Shown: positions 16,038 through 24,523 of the stretch, piece after piece
Numbering within the stretch: position 1 is the stretch's first letter
Layout of the letters: each line of letters opens with the position of its first letter
Assembly (NCBI GenBank): GCA_030649345.1
Contig: JAUSKK010000036.1
Location: forward strand, 1-32,000
Direction of reading: 5' to 3'
Source of the DNA: Candidatus Iainarchaeum sp.
GTDB taxonomy: Archaea > Iainarchaeota > Iainarchaeia > Iainarchaeales > 0-14-0-20-34-12
Length of the DNA: 32,000 nt
Notes under the pieces: generated by a model
Told to the model about the DNA's origin: nothing
Databases searched by the model: none
The model's input: only the letters and a program-made list of their open reading frames with translations
Position numbers and translations under genes: made by a program

Positions 16038-16130
16038 TCAAAACTATCGAGGCAAAGCCGAAGATAGTTTAAAGTACCGCCGGCTTTCCGGCGAAACGGA
16101 GATTAATTGCTTACGCAATCAATAAATAAT
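16001..16130 (+). repeat. 38-nt direct repeat of the aIF2-gamma 3' end (16001-16038 / 16093-16130, 37/38) bracketing a 54-nt two-hairpin insert
   Basis: GAAA[T/C]GGAGATTAATTGCTTACGCAATCAATAAATAAT occurs twice with a 92-nt period. Confidence 0.85.
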
Positions 16131-16610
16131 ATGCAATCAATCAATAAAAAAATGAATATTAAAAATGAAAAAAAATTAAACAGTGCTGCTGAAGTGCAAC
16201 GAAAGCAGCACGTGCTACCAACCCGCACGCGGGTTGCAATTGACACAAATATGTTGTTAAGTGTCAGTCAATTAAAATTGGATATTTTTCAAGAAGTAGT
16301 CAACGAATTTGGAGAACAAAATTCTGAAATTGCAATCCCAGATAGGGTATTAAATGAATTAAAAAAATTGGCAGAAATTGAAAAAAACAAAGATGCCATT
16401 TTAGCTCAAGCCTGGTTAAACCAGAAAAAATTTAAAGTTTTGAAAGCCCAAAAGGCCGATAATGCAGATAAAGCCCTTTTAGAGCTTGCAAAACAAGGGT
16501 TTATCATAGCTACCAATGATAAAGTCTTACGAAAAAGTATAAAAAACGTTAATGGCAAGAGTATTTATATTAGAAAACGAAAAGTACTAGACTTTTCAGA
16601 AACATTCTAA
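16131..16610 (+). CDS. PIN-domain protein (conserved archaeal Fcf1/Utp24-like neighbour of aIF2-gamma and rpoE')
   Basis: VAIDTNMLL...IIATNDKVLRK are acidic PIN motifs. The track start, TTG 16107, lies inside the duplicated aIF2-gamma end. ATG 16131 or 16152 is more plausible. Confidence 0.75.
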   Translation: MQSINKKMNIKNEKKLNSAAEVQRKQHVLPTRTRVAIDTNMLLSVSQLKLDIFQEVVNEFGEQNSEIAIPDRVLNELKKLAEIEKNKDAILAQAWLNQKKFKVLKAQKADNADKALLELAKQGFIIATNDKVLRKSIKNVNGKSIYIRKRKVLDFSETF

Positions 16611-16640
16611 TTATTTAACAATTATTGAGGTGTGAAATTC

Positions 16641-17258
16641 ATGTATGAATTGGTTAAAATTAAAGACAAAGTAAGAGTGCCGCCTGCACAATTTGGAAAA
16701 AATTTAACCGAAGCTTTGCTGACTTTAACTCAACAACAATACGAAGGATTATTGGATGAAGATTTAGGAGTCATTGTAGCTATCACGCAAGCCGTAAAAA
16801 GCGGTGAAGGAAAAGTTGTATTGGGAGACGGAGCAGCCTACTACGAAACTGAATTAGAAATGGTAGTATACAAGCCGAGAATGCAGGAAGTCATAGAAGG
16901 AGTTGTCAGCGAGACCACAGAATTTGGTGCATTTGTACGCATTGGCCCAATTGACGGCTTGGTTCATGTCAGTCAAATAATGGATGAATTCATCAATTAC
17001 GATAGCAAAAATACTTGCTTTGTTGGAAAAGATTCTGGAAGAAAATTAAAAAAAGAAGATGCAGTCACAGCCAGAATTGTAACCATTAGTTTAAAGGGAG
17101 CCATTGCAGATTCCAAATTAGGATTAACCATGCGCCAGCCTTTTTTAGGAAAAAAAGAATGGAATACTGGAGCACCTATTGAAAAGAAACCCATGGTTGC
17201 AAAAAAAGAAAAAATGGAAAAGCAGAAACCAGACAATAGACCTGCAGAAAAAAAATAA
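16641..17258 (+). CDS. rpoE: DNA-directed RNA polymerase subunit E' (Rpo7)
   Basis: MYELVKIKDKVRVPP N-terminus and S1 domain EGVVSETTEFGAFVRIGPIDGLVHVSQI. A GAGGTG SD lies upstream of ATG 16641; the track ORF starts at GTG 16632. Confidence 0.9.
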   Translation: MYELVKIKDKVRVPPAQFGKNLTEALLTLTQQQYEGLLDEDLGVIVAITQAVKSGEGKVVLGDGAAYYETELEMVVYKPRMQEVIEGVVSETTEFGAFVRIGPIDGLVHVSQIMDEFINYDSKNTCFVGKDSGRKLKKEDAVTARIVTISLKGAIADSKLGLTMRQPFLGKKEWNTGAPIEKKPMVAKKEKMEKQKPDNRPAEKK

Positions 17259-17262
17259 GGTG

Positions 17263-17330
17263 AATTTTAAATGAATTTAAAATTTAAAAAAAATTTTAAA
17301 ACTTTAAAAAACCGGGGGTTTTTTAAATGA
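17263..17330 (+). repeat. 10-nt direct repeat TTTTAAATGA (17265-17274 / 17321-17330) around a 46-nt AT-rich promoter-like insert at the spt4 start
   Basis: Exact repeat with a 56-nt period. Inverted repeat AATTTTAAA (17263-17271) / TTTAAAATT (17276-17284). AAACTTTAAAAAA at 17299-17311. Confidence 0.5.
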
Positions 17331-17524
17331 CGGTAAAAGGAAAAGCTTGTAGAAATTGTAGAAAAGTAATTGAAGAAGGAAGTAATTGCCCCAACTGCAA
17401 TAGCACAGCTTTCACAACTTTTTGGAAAGGATATGTAATCATTGTAAAACCAGAACAATCGGAAATTGCCAAACGCATGGGCATTAAAACAACCGGAATG
17501 CATGCTTTGCGATTAAGCAGATAA
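17327..17524 (+). CDS. spt4: Transcription elongation factor Spt4 (RpoE'')
   Basis: 65 aa with a CRNC...CPNC zinc ribbon, in the conserved position after rpoE'. Confidence 0.85.
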   Translation: MTVKGKACRNCRKVIEEGSNCPNCNSTAFTTFWKGYVIIVKPEQSEIAKRMGIKTTGMHALRLSR

Positions 17525-17539
17525 TTTTGAGGTGAAAAT

Positions 17540-17881
17540 TTGAAAGTAAATTTTATTGAAGAAAAAAACAATCTATTATTGGGAAGAAAAGAAATCCAAT
17601 TTGAAATTGAAGAAATGAACACTGTCCCCAGCCGAAGCGAGGTATGCAAAAAAATCTCTTCACTCAAAGGAGCTGAAGAAGGATTAACCGTAATTGAAAA
17701 AATTGGTCATTATTTTGGACGAAAAAAAATTACTGGATTTGCTAAAATTTATTCCAGCAAAGAAGCTTTGCAAAAAATAGAACAAGAACATATTTTAGAC
17801 CGACATTTACCGAAAGCAGAACGAAAACAAAAACAAGAACAAAAAAAGGCCGCAGCGGCTACAACGAAAAAAAGTAAATAA
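17540..17881 (+). CDS. rps24e: 30S ribosomal protein S24e, TTG start
   Basis: NLLLGRKEIQFEI...VPSRSEV...IEKIGHYFGRKKITGFAKIY. A GAGGTG SD lies upstream. Confidence 0.9.
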   Translation: MKVNFIEEKNNLLLGRKEIQFEIEEMNTVPSRSEVCKKISSLKGAEEGLTVIEKIGHYFGRKKITGFAKIYSSKEALQKIEQEHILDRHLPKAERKQKQEQKKAAAATTKKSK

Positions 17882-17901
17882 AAAAAATTAGGTGAACACG
17901 T

Positions 17902-18102
17902 ATGGCAGAACGAGAACGAAAAGGAAAAAAAGTACACAAACCAAAAAAGAAAATGAAAAAACACACGTACTATAAAATCAGTGAAACTACGATAACACGA
18001 AGCAAGAAAGCTTGCCCGAAATGCGGTGCTGGAGTTTTCTTAGCAGAGCATAAAAATCGCTCAACGTGTGGTACCTGCAAGTACACAGAAATGAAAAACT
18101 AA
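17902..18102 (+). CDS. rps27ae: 30S ribosomal protein S27ae
   Basis: CPKCGAGVFLAEHKNRSTCGTCKYT zinc ribbon and a basic N-terminus. Confidence 0.9.
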   Translation: MAERERKGKKVHKPKKKMKKHTYYKISETTITRSKKACPKCGAGVFLAEHKNRSTCGTCKYTEMKN

Positions 18103-18109
18103 GTTTATT

Positions 18110-18658
18110 ATGACTTTTTATTTTTTGGATATCTTGTTGTACGGTGTACCGTTTCTTTTTTTATTTTTTCAACAAAAACAAAAATTGGAAATTGAATCAT
18201 TTAAACAAAATGCAGAAACCCTTGGATTTAAAAAAATTGAATTCAAAAAACTCGCCCAGCAAACTGGACAGTTAATTGTACTTTTACTAATTGTAAATTT
18301 TGCTTTAGCATTTGTATTTTCTTTATTGAATTTAAATGACTTAGATAAAGTAGTCCAAACCATAAATCAAATTAAAGAAACCAGTCCAATGCTTTTAGTA
18401 TACTTATTAACCATTCGGGTAATTGGAGAAGAAATATTTTTCCGTGGTTTCTTGGTTCCACGCAGTGGAATACTTTTTTCAACCATTTTTTTTGCTTTAG
18501 GGCATATAGGATTTGGTTCCATTACAGAAGTTGTTGGAGCTTTTATTTTAGGCGGAATTTTAGCGTATTGGTTTCAAAAATACCAAAATTTGTACGTGAA
18601 TATTTCAGCCCATTTGTTTTACAATTTTTTTTTAATCAGTTTATTGAACGGAGTATAA
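18110..18658 (+). CDS. CPBP (CAAX/Abi) family intramembrane metalloprotease
   Basis: EEIFFRGF, FALGH and HLFYN motifs in a polytopic membrane protein. Confidence 0.8.
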   Translation: MTFYFLDILLYGVPFLFLFFQQKQKLEIESFKQNAETLGFKKIEFKKLAQQTGQLIVLLLIVNFALAFVFSLLNLNDLDKVVQTINQIKETSPMLLVYLLTIRVIGEEIFFRGFLVPRSGILFSTIFFALGHIGFGSITEVVGAFILGGILAYWFQKYQNLYVNISAHLFYNFFLISLLNGV

Positions 18659-18659
18659 T

Positions 18660-19271
18660 ATGAGAACTAGAATTATTTCACACATAGAACCTGAAGCTTT
18701 AGAGCTTGCAGTCAAAATTTTGAAAAAACAAGGCTTGGTTATTTTTCCTACAGAAAGCAGTTATGGTTTAGGGTGCTTGTTGAATAACCAAAATGGCAGA
18801 AGAAAAATTTATAAAATTAAAAAAAGAAGCCAACACAAAAGTTTGCCGGTGATTACAGGAAATGTCAAAATTATTTCCAAATACGCAGAATTAACTCAAG
18901 AAGATAAAAAATTAATCAAAAAATTTATGCCTGGCCCTTTAAGTTTGCTGGTGAAAGCAAAACCTAAAGCACCCAAAGAATTTCAAAAAAATGGAATTGT
19001 TTTTCGGGTTTCCAGCAATGCATTTGCCAGAAATTTAAGTTTGAAAACAAACCAGCCAATCATTAGCACCAGCGCCAATATATCCAGCAAACCTTCGGCA
19101 TATACTTTGAGTGAAGTAATCCGATTGTTTGCAGGACGAGTTGATTTAATTGTAGAAGCAGGAAATTTAAAAAAACGAACAGCCAGCACAATTTATGATA
19201 CAAAAAACAAAAAGGTTATTCGAAAAGGACCTGTAACTGAAAAAGAAATTTTGAACGTGATTGAAAAATGA
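18660..19271 (+). CDS. sua5: L-threonylcarbamoyladenylate synthase Sua5/YrdC (TsaC), YrdC domain only
   Basis: PTESSYGLGC, KIKKRSQHKSLPV, PGPLSLL and STSANISSKPS motifs. Confidence 0.85.
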   Translation: MRTRIISHIEPEALELAVKILKKQGLVIFPTESSYGLGCLLNNQNGRRKIYKIKKRSQHKSLPVITGNVKIISKYAELTQEDKKLIKKFMPGPLSLLVKAKPKAPKEFQKNGIVFRVSSNAFARNLSLKTNQPIISTSANISSKPSAYTLSEVIRLFAGRVDLIVEAGNLKKRTASTIYDTKNKKVIRKGPVTEKEILNVIEK

Positions 19272-20254
19272 TTGCACTTGGAATTGAATCAACGGCTCAT
19301 ACATTCGGAATTGGAATTGTGGATTCTAAAGGAAAAGTCTTGGCCAATGAAAAAGATACCTTAAAGCCAAAAGATAAAGGATTGATTCCCAGAGAATTGG
19401 CAGAGCATCATTTTCAAGTCAGTGAACGAATACTAAGACAAGCTTTAGATAAAGCTGAAGTTAAATTAAGTGAAATTGATTTAATTGGTTTTTCTCAAGG
19501 CCCAGGAATTGGAAATGCTTTACGCATTGGAGCTACTGTAGGACGTGCGCTTTCTTTGAAATTGAACAAGCCTTTGGCTCCAGTCAATCATTGCATTGCC
19601 CATATTGAAATTGGAAAAAAGAAAACCAAAGCAAAAGATCCTGTGGTTGTGTATGCCAGCGGAGCGAATACACAAATTATTACTTTAAGCAATGAAAGAT
19701 ACCGAATTTTTGGAGAAACATTAGATATTGGAATTGGAAACATGATGGATTCATTTGGCCGAGAGTTAGGTTTAGGATTTCCAGCTGGTCCAATTTTAGA
19801 TCAATGGTATTTTTTAGGAAAAAAATATATTCCTTTACCGTATACAGTCAAAGGAAGTGATTTGGTTTTTTCTGGACTGCAAACTGCAGCAGAACGAATG
19901 ATTGGAAAAGAAACCCAAGAAGATTTAGCTTACAGTTTATTACATACTGGTTTTGCTATGTTAACTGAAGTTACTGAAAGAGTATTGGCACATACTGGAA
20001 AAAAAGAAGTCTTATTGGTGGGAGGCGTAGCTGCCAGCAAAGCATTGAATCAAATGATGGACACCATGTGCGAAGAAAGAAATGCAAAAAAATTTGTCCC
20101 AGAAGTACAATTTTGCACAGACAACGGAGCCATGATTGCTTGGACTACTCATTTGGTTTACAAAAGCCAAGGAAAAATTTCCATAAAAGAATCGGAAATC
20201 AAGCCCAAGCAACGTACGGACGATGTTGTTCCGAAATGGATTCAAAAAAAATAA
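19268..20254 (+). CDS. kae1: tRNA N6-adenosine threonylcarbamoyltransferase Kae1
   Basis: ALGIESTAHTFGIGIV, HCIAHIE and the GGVAASKAL...FCTDNGAMIA signature. An ATGA overlap links it to sua5. Confidence 0.9.
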   Translation: MIALGIESTAHTFGIGIVDSKGKVLANEKDTLKPKDKGLIPRELAEHHFQVSERILRQALDKAEVKLSEIDLIGFSQGPGIGNALRIGATVGRALSLKLNKPLAPVNHCIAHIEIGKKKTKAKDPVVVYASGANTQIITLSNERYRIFGETLDIGIGNMMDSFGRELGLGFPAGPILDQWYFLGKKYIPLPYTVKGSDLVFSGLQTAAERMIGKETQEDLAYSLLHTGFAMLTEVTERVLAHTGKKEVLLVGGVAASKALNQMMDTMCEERNAKKFVPEVQFCTDNGAMIAWTTHLVYKSQGKISIKESEIKPKQRTDDVVPKWIQKK

Positions 20255-20264
20255 ACTCGCCAAA

Positions 20265-20924
20265 TTATGCAGAATCAAAAGAATAAAAAGCACTATCTTT
20301 ATTTGTAAATTCATCTAAATCTGAAATTAATTCTGCACTATTTTTGTAATTACTGGCATTAATCAACAAGTGAAAGCCATGCTTTTTTTCTTTCATTTTG
20401 AAAAGGTTTTCCAAGTAAACTATATTGTCCTTTTTATCAGAAGATACTGCAACCTTAAAGGAACAATTTAGACTTGTAGCTAGAAAAGAATATTCAATTG
20501 CACGAATAATAAAATGTGGCCGCATATATGTACCGTTTTCAACACTGGCTTGAATGAATTCATTCGGATTTTTTAAAAGCAAACAATAAGTGTGATTATT
20601 CATTTTAGCAATCAACACAATATTAATCCGTTTTAGTTCAGTGCTTATACCTTGCGGGTTTGCAAAAACAAGTTTGTCTAAATATACTGTAATAATGGGT
20701 GCTATTTGCTGAATGGATTTTCGAGTTACAAAAAGATAAAAAAACACGAATGAAAATAATACCAACAAAGGCAAAACTGCAAGAAACGGTACTACAGTAG
20801 AAGTCTTAGCACTTGGAATAAAAGCCAAGGCAATGTAAAAAACTATTGCAATAAAACTAAAGACAGTAAAAACATCGCGTACAAAAAAACTTGGATAATA
20901 GATCTTGAGATCTTGTGAGTGCAT
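20265..20924 (-). CDS. Membrane protein: two N-terminal TM helices plus a ~140-aa soluble domain, function unknown
   Basis: Hydrophobic segments VFTVFSFIAIVFYIALAFI and VVPFLAVLPLLVLFSFVFFYLFV. It is the last gene of the minus-strand operon. Confidence 0.6.
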   Translation of the reverse strand: MHSQDLKIYYPSFFVRDVFTVFSFIAIVFYIALAFIPSAKTSTVVPFLAVLPLLVLFSFVFFYLFVTRKSIQQIAPIITVYLDKLVFANPQGISTELKRINIVLIAKMNNHTYCLLLKNPNEFIQASVENGTYMRPHFIIRAIEYSFLATSLNCSFKVAVSSDKKDNIVYLENLFKMKEKKHGFHLLINASNYKNSAELISDLDEFTNKDSAFYSFDSA

Positions 20925-20944
20925 ACAGATCTAAATACTTAGAA

Positions 20945-21472
20945 TTATTTTTCTGAACGAAAGCTAGCAGTATATTGATAGAGTTTTAAAAAAACTGCCA
21001 AAATTACAATAAAGATTCCAACATTCAAAGCATACGAGTAGGGCTGAACGATTCCATAATTTTCCCAGTTAATAAAAGTTAATTCTGGATCCAAATAAGC
21101 TGCAATCGCGTAAGCTATAAAAAAAGCAAACACAATTTCAATTATAATCAAAGCCAAGACTCGGGGATCGTTTTTTGCATTTTTTAATTTTTGCTGCACA
21201 GCATCTTTCAATGTTTTGCCGGCCAAAACTTGGATATCATAGGCTTGGGTTTGTTTTTTTTTCAAAACAAAATACACGGCAATAAATGTGAACAAAGAAA
21301 GGCCGGCTAAAAATAAATATTCTGGCGAAAAATTAAATGAAACTGTCCGCTCAAAGACATTGATTTGAATAATTTGAATTAAAGAATAAATAAATGAAAC
21401 CAGCAAAGCAAACTCCATGAGCACAATAGCAATAACTTTTTTGTTTGCTTGAATGGTTTCAATTGCTTGCAT
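20945..21472 (-). CDS. Four-TM membrane protein, function unknown
   Basis: Four hydrophobic segments with a central amphipathic, charged loop. It lies 32 nt downstream of the HTH gene. Confidence 0.6.
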   Translation of the reverse strand: MQAIETIQANKKVIAIVLMEFALLVSFIYSLIQIIQINVFERTVSFNFSPEYLFLAGLSLFTFIAVYFVLKKKQTQAYDIQVLAGKTLKDAVQQKLKNAKNDPRVLALIIIEIVFAFFIAYAIAAYLDPELTFINWENYGIVQPYSYALNVGIFIVILAVFLKLYQYTASFRSEK

Positions 21473-21504
21473 TGTTTAAACTTAGGAAACCGGAATATAA
21501 AAAA

Positions 21505-21936
21505 CTAGTCTTCGATTTCCAAGCCAAATTTTTGATCCAATTCTCGTGCAGTTTCTTCCATTCTTCTAAAAATTAAGTTCACTTCTTCTTGAATTTCTTT
21601 AATCGTACGAGACATACTTCGCGAACGCGCTAAATAAAATCTTCCTTCTCGAACAATTAAGCCAGAAAGCAAAAGCTTATTCAAATGATTAATCACAGCA
21701 CCGCGAGACATATTTACTTTATCCGCAATTTCTGGACAAGTCAAAAGCTTGCCTTGCTCAGTAGCTTGAACAAGTACTCGAAAAATAGCAAAAGCCAACT
21801 TGTCTTTGTCAATGGGTTCAAATAAACCAAAACTTTGACAAATCCAACCCAGCTCTTGTTCTACATCATGCTGAAAAGGCTGTTCTATACGTTTAATAAC
21901 TATTTTAAACGAAGTACGGCGCACAGTCATATACAA
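21505..21936 (-). CDS. Winged-helix transcriptional regulator (ArsR/MarR-like fold), divergent from grpE
   Basis: LTCPEIADKVNMSRGAVINHLNKLLLSGLIVREGRFYLA is a clear HTH plus wing. It has an acidic C-terminal helix. Confidence 0.65.
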   Translation of the reverse strand: MYMTVRRTSFKIVIKRIEQPFQHDVEQELGWICQSFGLFEPIDKDKLAFAIFRVLVQATEQGKLLTCPEIADKVNMSRGAVINHLNKLLLSGLIVREGRFYLARSRSMSRTIKEIQEEVNLIFRRMEETARELDQKFGLEIED

Positions 21937-21968
21937 GTACTCTTAATGGAATAAATTTAAAAACATTT

Positions 21969-22002
21969 TGATTAAACAGTTTGATAAATGATTAAAGAGT
22001 TT
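21969..22002. promoter_or_regulatory. Candidate operator: 14-nt direct repeat TGATTAAA[C/G]AGTTT spaced 20 nt, with a third TGATAAA half-site between
   Basis: 21969-21982 and 21989-22002 are identical at 13/14 positions. They lie in the 86-nt divergent spacer between the wHTH gene and grpE. Confidence 0.45.
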
Positions 22003-22022
22003 AGACAAATAAGGTAGTTTTT

Positions 22023-22589
22023 ATGACTTTTGAAACAAAAAGCAATGAAAAAGAAGGAATGGAAAGCCCAACACCTGAAAATAACCGTCCAAGCGAAAAT
22101 AATGAAGAATTCAATGCATTAATGACTAAAAAACAGGCTGAGATGCAGGATTATATCAATGATTTAAAGCGGTTACAGGCCGATTTTGAGAACTATCGAA
22201 AGAGGGTAGAACGCGAGCGAACAGAATATGTAAAGCATGCCAATTTTGGATTTTTGCGAGAAATATTGGCTTTATTGGATTCAGTTCAATCAGCAGTTCA
22301 TAAACTGGAAAATGAAAAAGAATTCAATCAAGGAAAAGCCGTGCATGGTTTGCAGTTATTGGAAAAACAATTTAAAGAATTTTTAAAAAAACACGGAGTG
22401 CATGAAATCCAAGCACAAAATTGTAAATGTGATCCTGCAGTACATGAAGTTGTATTGCAAGGAACAGATAATTCAAAACCAGATGAAATGATTTTGGAAG
22501 AATTGCAAAAAGGATATCTATTGCATGACAAAGTTTTACGGTCAGCAAAAGTAAAAGTCAACAAATTAGATAGTAAAATTGAAAAATAA
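22023..22589 (+). CDS. grpE: Nucleotide exchange factor GrpE
   Basis: LKRLQADFENYRKRVERE is the hallmark motif; C-terminal beta domain GYLLHDKVLRSAKVKV. Confidence 0.9.
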   Translation: MTFETKSNEKEGMESPTPENNRPSENNEEFNALMTKKQAEMQDYINDLKRLQADFENYRKRVERERTEYVKHANFGFLREILALLDSVQSAVHKLENEKEFNQGKAVHGLQLLEKQFKEFLKKHGVHEIQAQNCKCDPAVHEVVLQGTDNSKPDEMILEELQKGYLLHDKVLRSAKVKVNKLDSKIEK

Positions 22590-22636
22590 TTATAAAATTT
22601 GAAAAATAAAAGTATGATTTTTGAAGGTGGTATGAA

Positions 22637-24523
22637 ATGAGTAAAGTAATTGGAATCGATTTAGGAACCAGTAATTCAGCAGCTGCAGTCTTGGAAGCAG
22701 GAAAACCAAAAATTATTCCAAGCGCAGAAGGAACTTCTTTATACGGAAAAGCATTTCCAAGTGTTGTGGCATTCACAAAAGATGACCAAGTTTTGGTGGG
22801 TGAACCGGCACGCAGACAAGCTGTCAGTAATCCAGATAAAACAATTATGGCAGCCAAGCGAAAAATGGGAACTACTTTCAAATACAAGATTGGCTCGAAA
22901 GAATTTACGCCTCAACAAATTAGTGCATTTATTTTACAGAAAATTAAAAAAGACGCAGAAGAATTTTTAGGCGAAAAAGTAGAAAAAGCTGTAATCACTG
23001 TGCCAGCTTATTTTGATGACAATCAAAGACAAGCAACCAAAGATGCAGGAGAAATTGCAGGCTTGGAAGTTATTCGAATTATTAATGAACCCACAGCTGC
23101 TGCTTTAGCCTATGGCTTAGATAAAAGCAATCAAGACATGAAAATTTTAGTATTCGATTTCGGCGGCGGAACATTGGATGTAACTGTAATGGAATTAGGC
23201 CATGGAGTCTTTGAAGTCAAATCAACCAGCGGAGACACTCAATTGGGCGGCACAGACATGGATAAAATTTTAGTGGATTATTTGGTGGCAGAATTCAAAA
23301 AAGAACAAGCTGTTGATTTAAGCAAAGACAGTGTAGCTATGCAGAGATTACGAGAAGCTGCAGAAAAAGCCAAAATTGAATTAAGTACAGTTTTGGATAC
23401 ACAAATTAATTTACCGTACATTACAGCTACTCCGGAAGGCCCGAAACATTTGGCCCTGAGTTTAACAAGATCAAAATTAGAACAATTGGTCGAGCCCTTA
23501 ATTCATAGATGCGAAAAACCAGTCCAGCAAGCTTTGGCGGATGCCAAAGTATCCCCGGGAGATGTAGCTAAAATTATTTTAGTCGGCGGACCAACCCGAA
23601 TGCCTGCAGTACAAAAGTTTGTGGAAAAAATTACAGGAGCCAAACCAGAACGAGGCATTGACCCAATGGAATGTGTAGCTATGGGTGCAGCCATTCAAGC
23701 CGGAGTTTTAGCTGGAGAAGTTAAAGATGTTTTATTATTGGACGTAACACCCCTAAGTTTAGGAATTGAAACCTTGGGTGGAGTGTTTACTCATTTAATT
23801 GAACGCAATACAACCATTCCAACCAAAAAAACTCAAATATTTAGCACAGCTGCAGACAACCAAAATGCAGTAGATATTCATATCCTGCAAGGAGAAAGAC
23901 CTATGGCAGTAGACAACAAAAGTTTGGGCAGATTTATTTTAGATGGAATTCCTCCAGCACCTCGCGGTGTTCCACAAGTTGAAGTCATGTACGATATTGA
24001 TGCCAACGGAATTTTGGATGTTAAAGCCAAAGATTTAGGCACAGGCAAAGAAAAAAGCATCAAAATTGTTTCTCCGCAAAAATTGGATAAAGAAGAAATT
24101 GAGCGAATGAAGCAGGAAGCGGAAAAGTTTGCAGAAGCGGATCAAAAGAAAAAAGAAGAGATTGAAACTTTGAATATGGCAGACAACACAGTTTATGGGA
24201 CTGAAAAGGTGTTGAAAGAATTGAGCGGGAAAATTTCTGCAGAACAAGAAACAGAAATTAAAGAAAAAAATGAAACATTAAGAAAATTAGTAAACGAGCC
24301 AACCAAAGATGTTGCAAAAATTAAAACAGCTTTAGATGACTTGAATGCATTCGTGCAAAAAATCAGTACAGAAATGTATCAAAAAGCCGGAGAACAATAC
24401 CAGCAACAAAATCAAGGAGAACAAGGAAATCCCGGACAAGAAGAAGAACACAAGCACAAAAAGAAAAACAAAGACGGAAAAGTGGTTGACGCGGAGTTTA
24501 AGGAAGACGAAAGCAAACAATAG
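22637..24523 (+). CDS. dnaK: Chaperone DnaK (Hsp70)
   Basis: [23 protein letters not shown] and [10 protein letters not shown]; 628 aa. Confidence 0.95.
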   Translation: MSKVIGIDLGTSNSAAAVLEAGKPKIIPSAEGTSLYGKAFPSVVAFTKDDQVLVGEPARRQAVSNPDKTIMAAKRKMGTTFKYKIGSKEFTPQQISAFILQKIKKDAEEFLGEKVEKAVITVPAYFDDNQRQATKDAGEIAGLEVIRIINEPTAAALAYGLDKSNQDMKILVFDFGGGTLDVTVMELGHGVFEVKSTSGDTQLGGTDMDKILVDYLVAEFKKEQAVDLSKDSVAMQRLREAAEKAKIELSTVLDTQINLPYITATPEGPKHLALSLTRSKLEQLVEPLIHRCEKPVQQALADAKVSPGDVAKIILVGGPTRMPAVQKFVEKITGAKPERGIDPMECVAMGAAIQAGVLAGEVKDVLLLDVTPLSLGIETLGGVFTHLIERNTTIPTKKTQIFSTAADNQNAVDIHILQGERPMAVDNKSLGRFILDGIPPAPRGVPQVEVMYDIDANGILDVKAKDLGTGKEKSIKIVSPQKLDKEEIERMKQEAEKFAEADQKKKEEIETLNMADNTVYGTEKVLKELSGKISAEQETEIKEKNETLRKLVNEPTKDVAKIKTALDDLNAFVQKISTEMYQKAGEQYQQQNQGEQGNPGQEEEHKHKKKNKDGKVVDAEFKEDESKQ

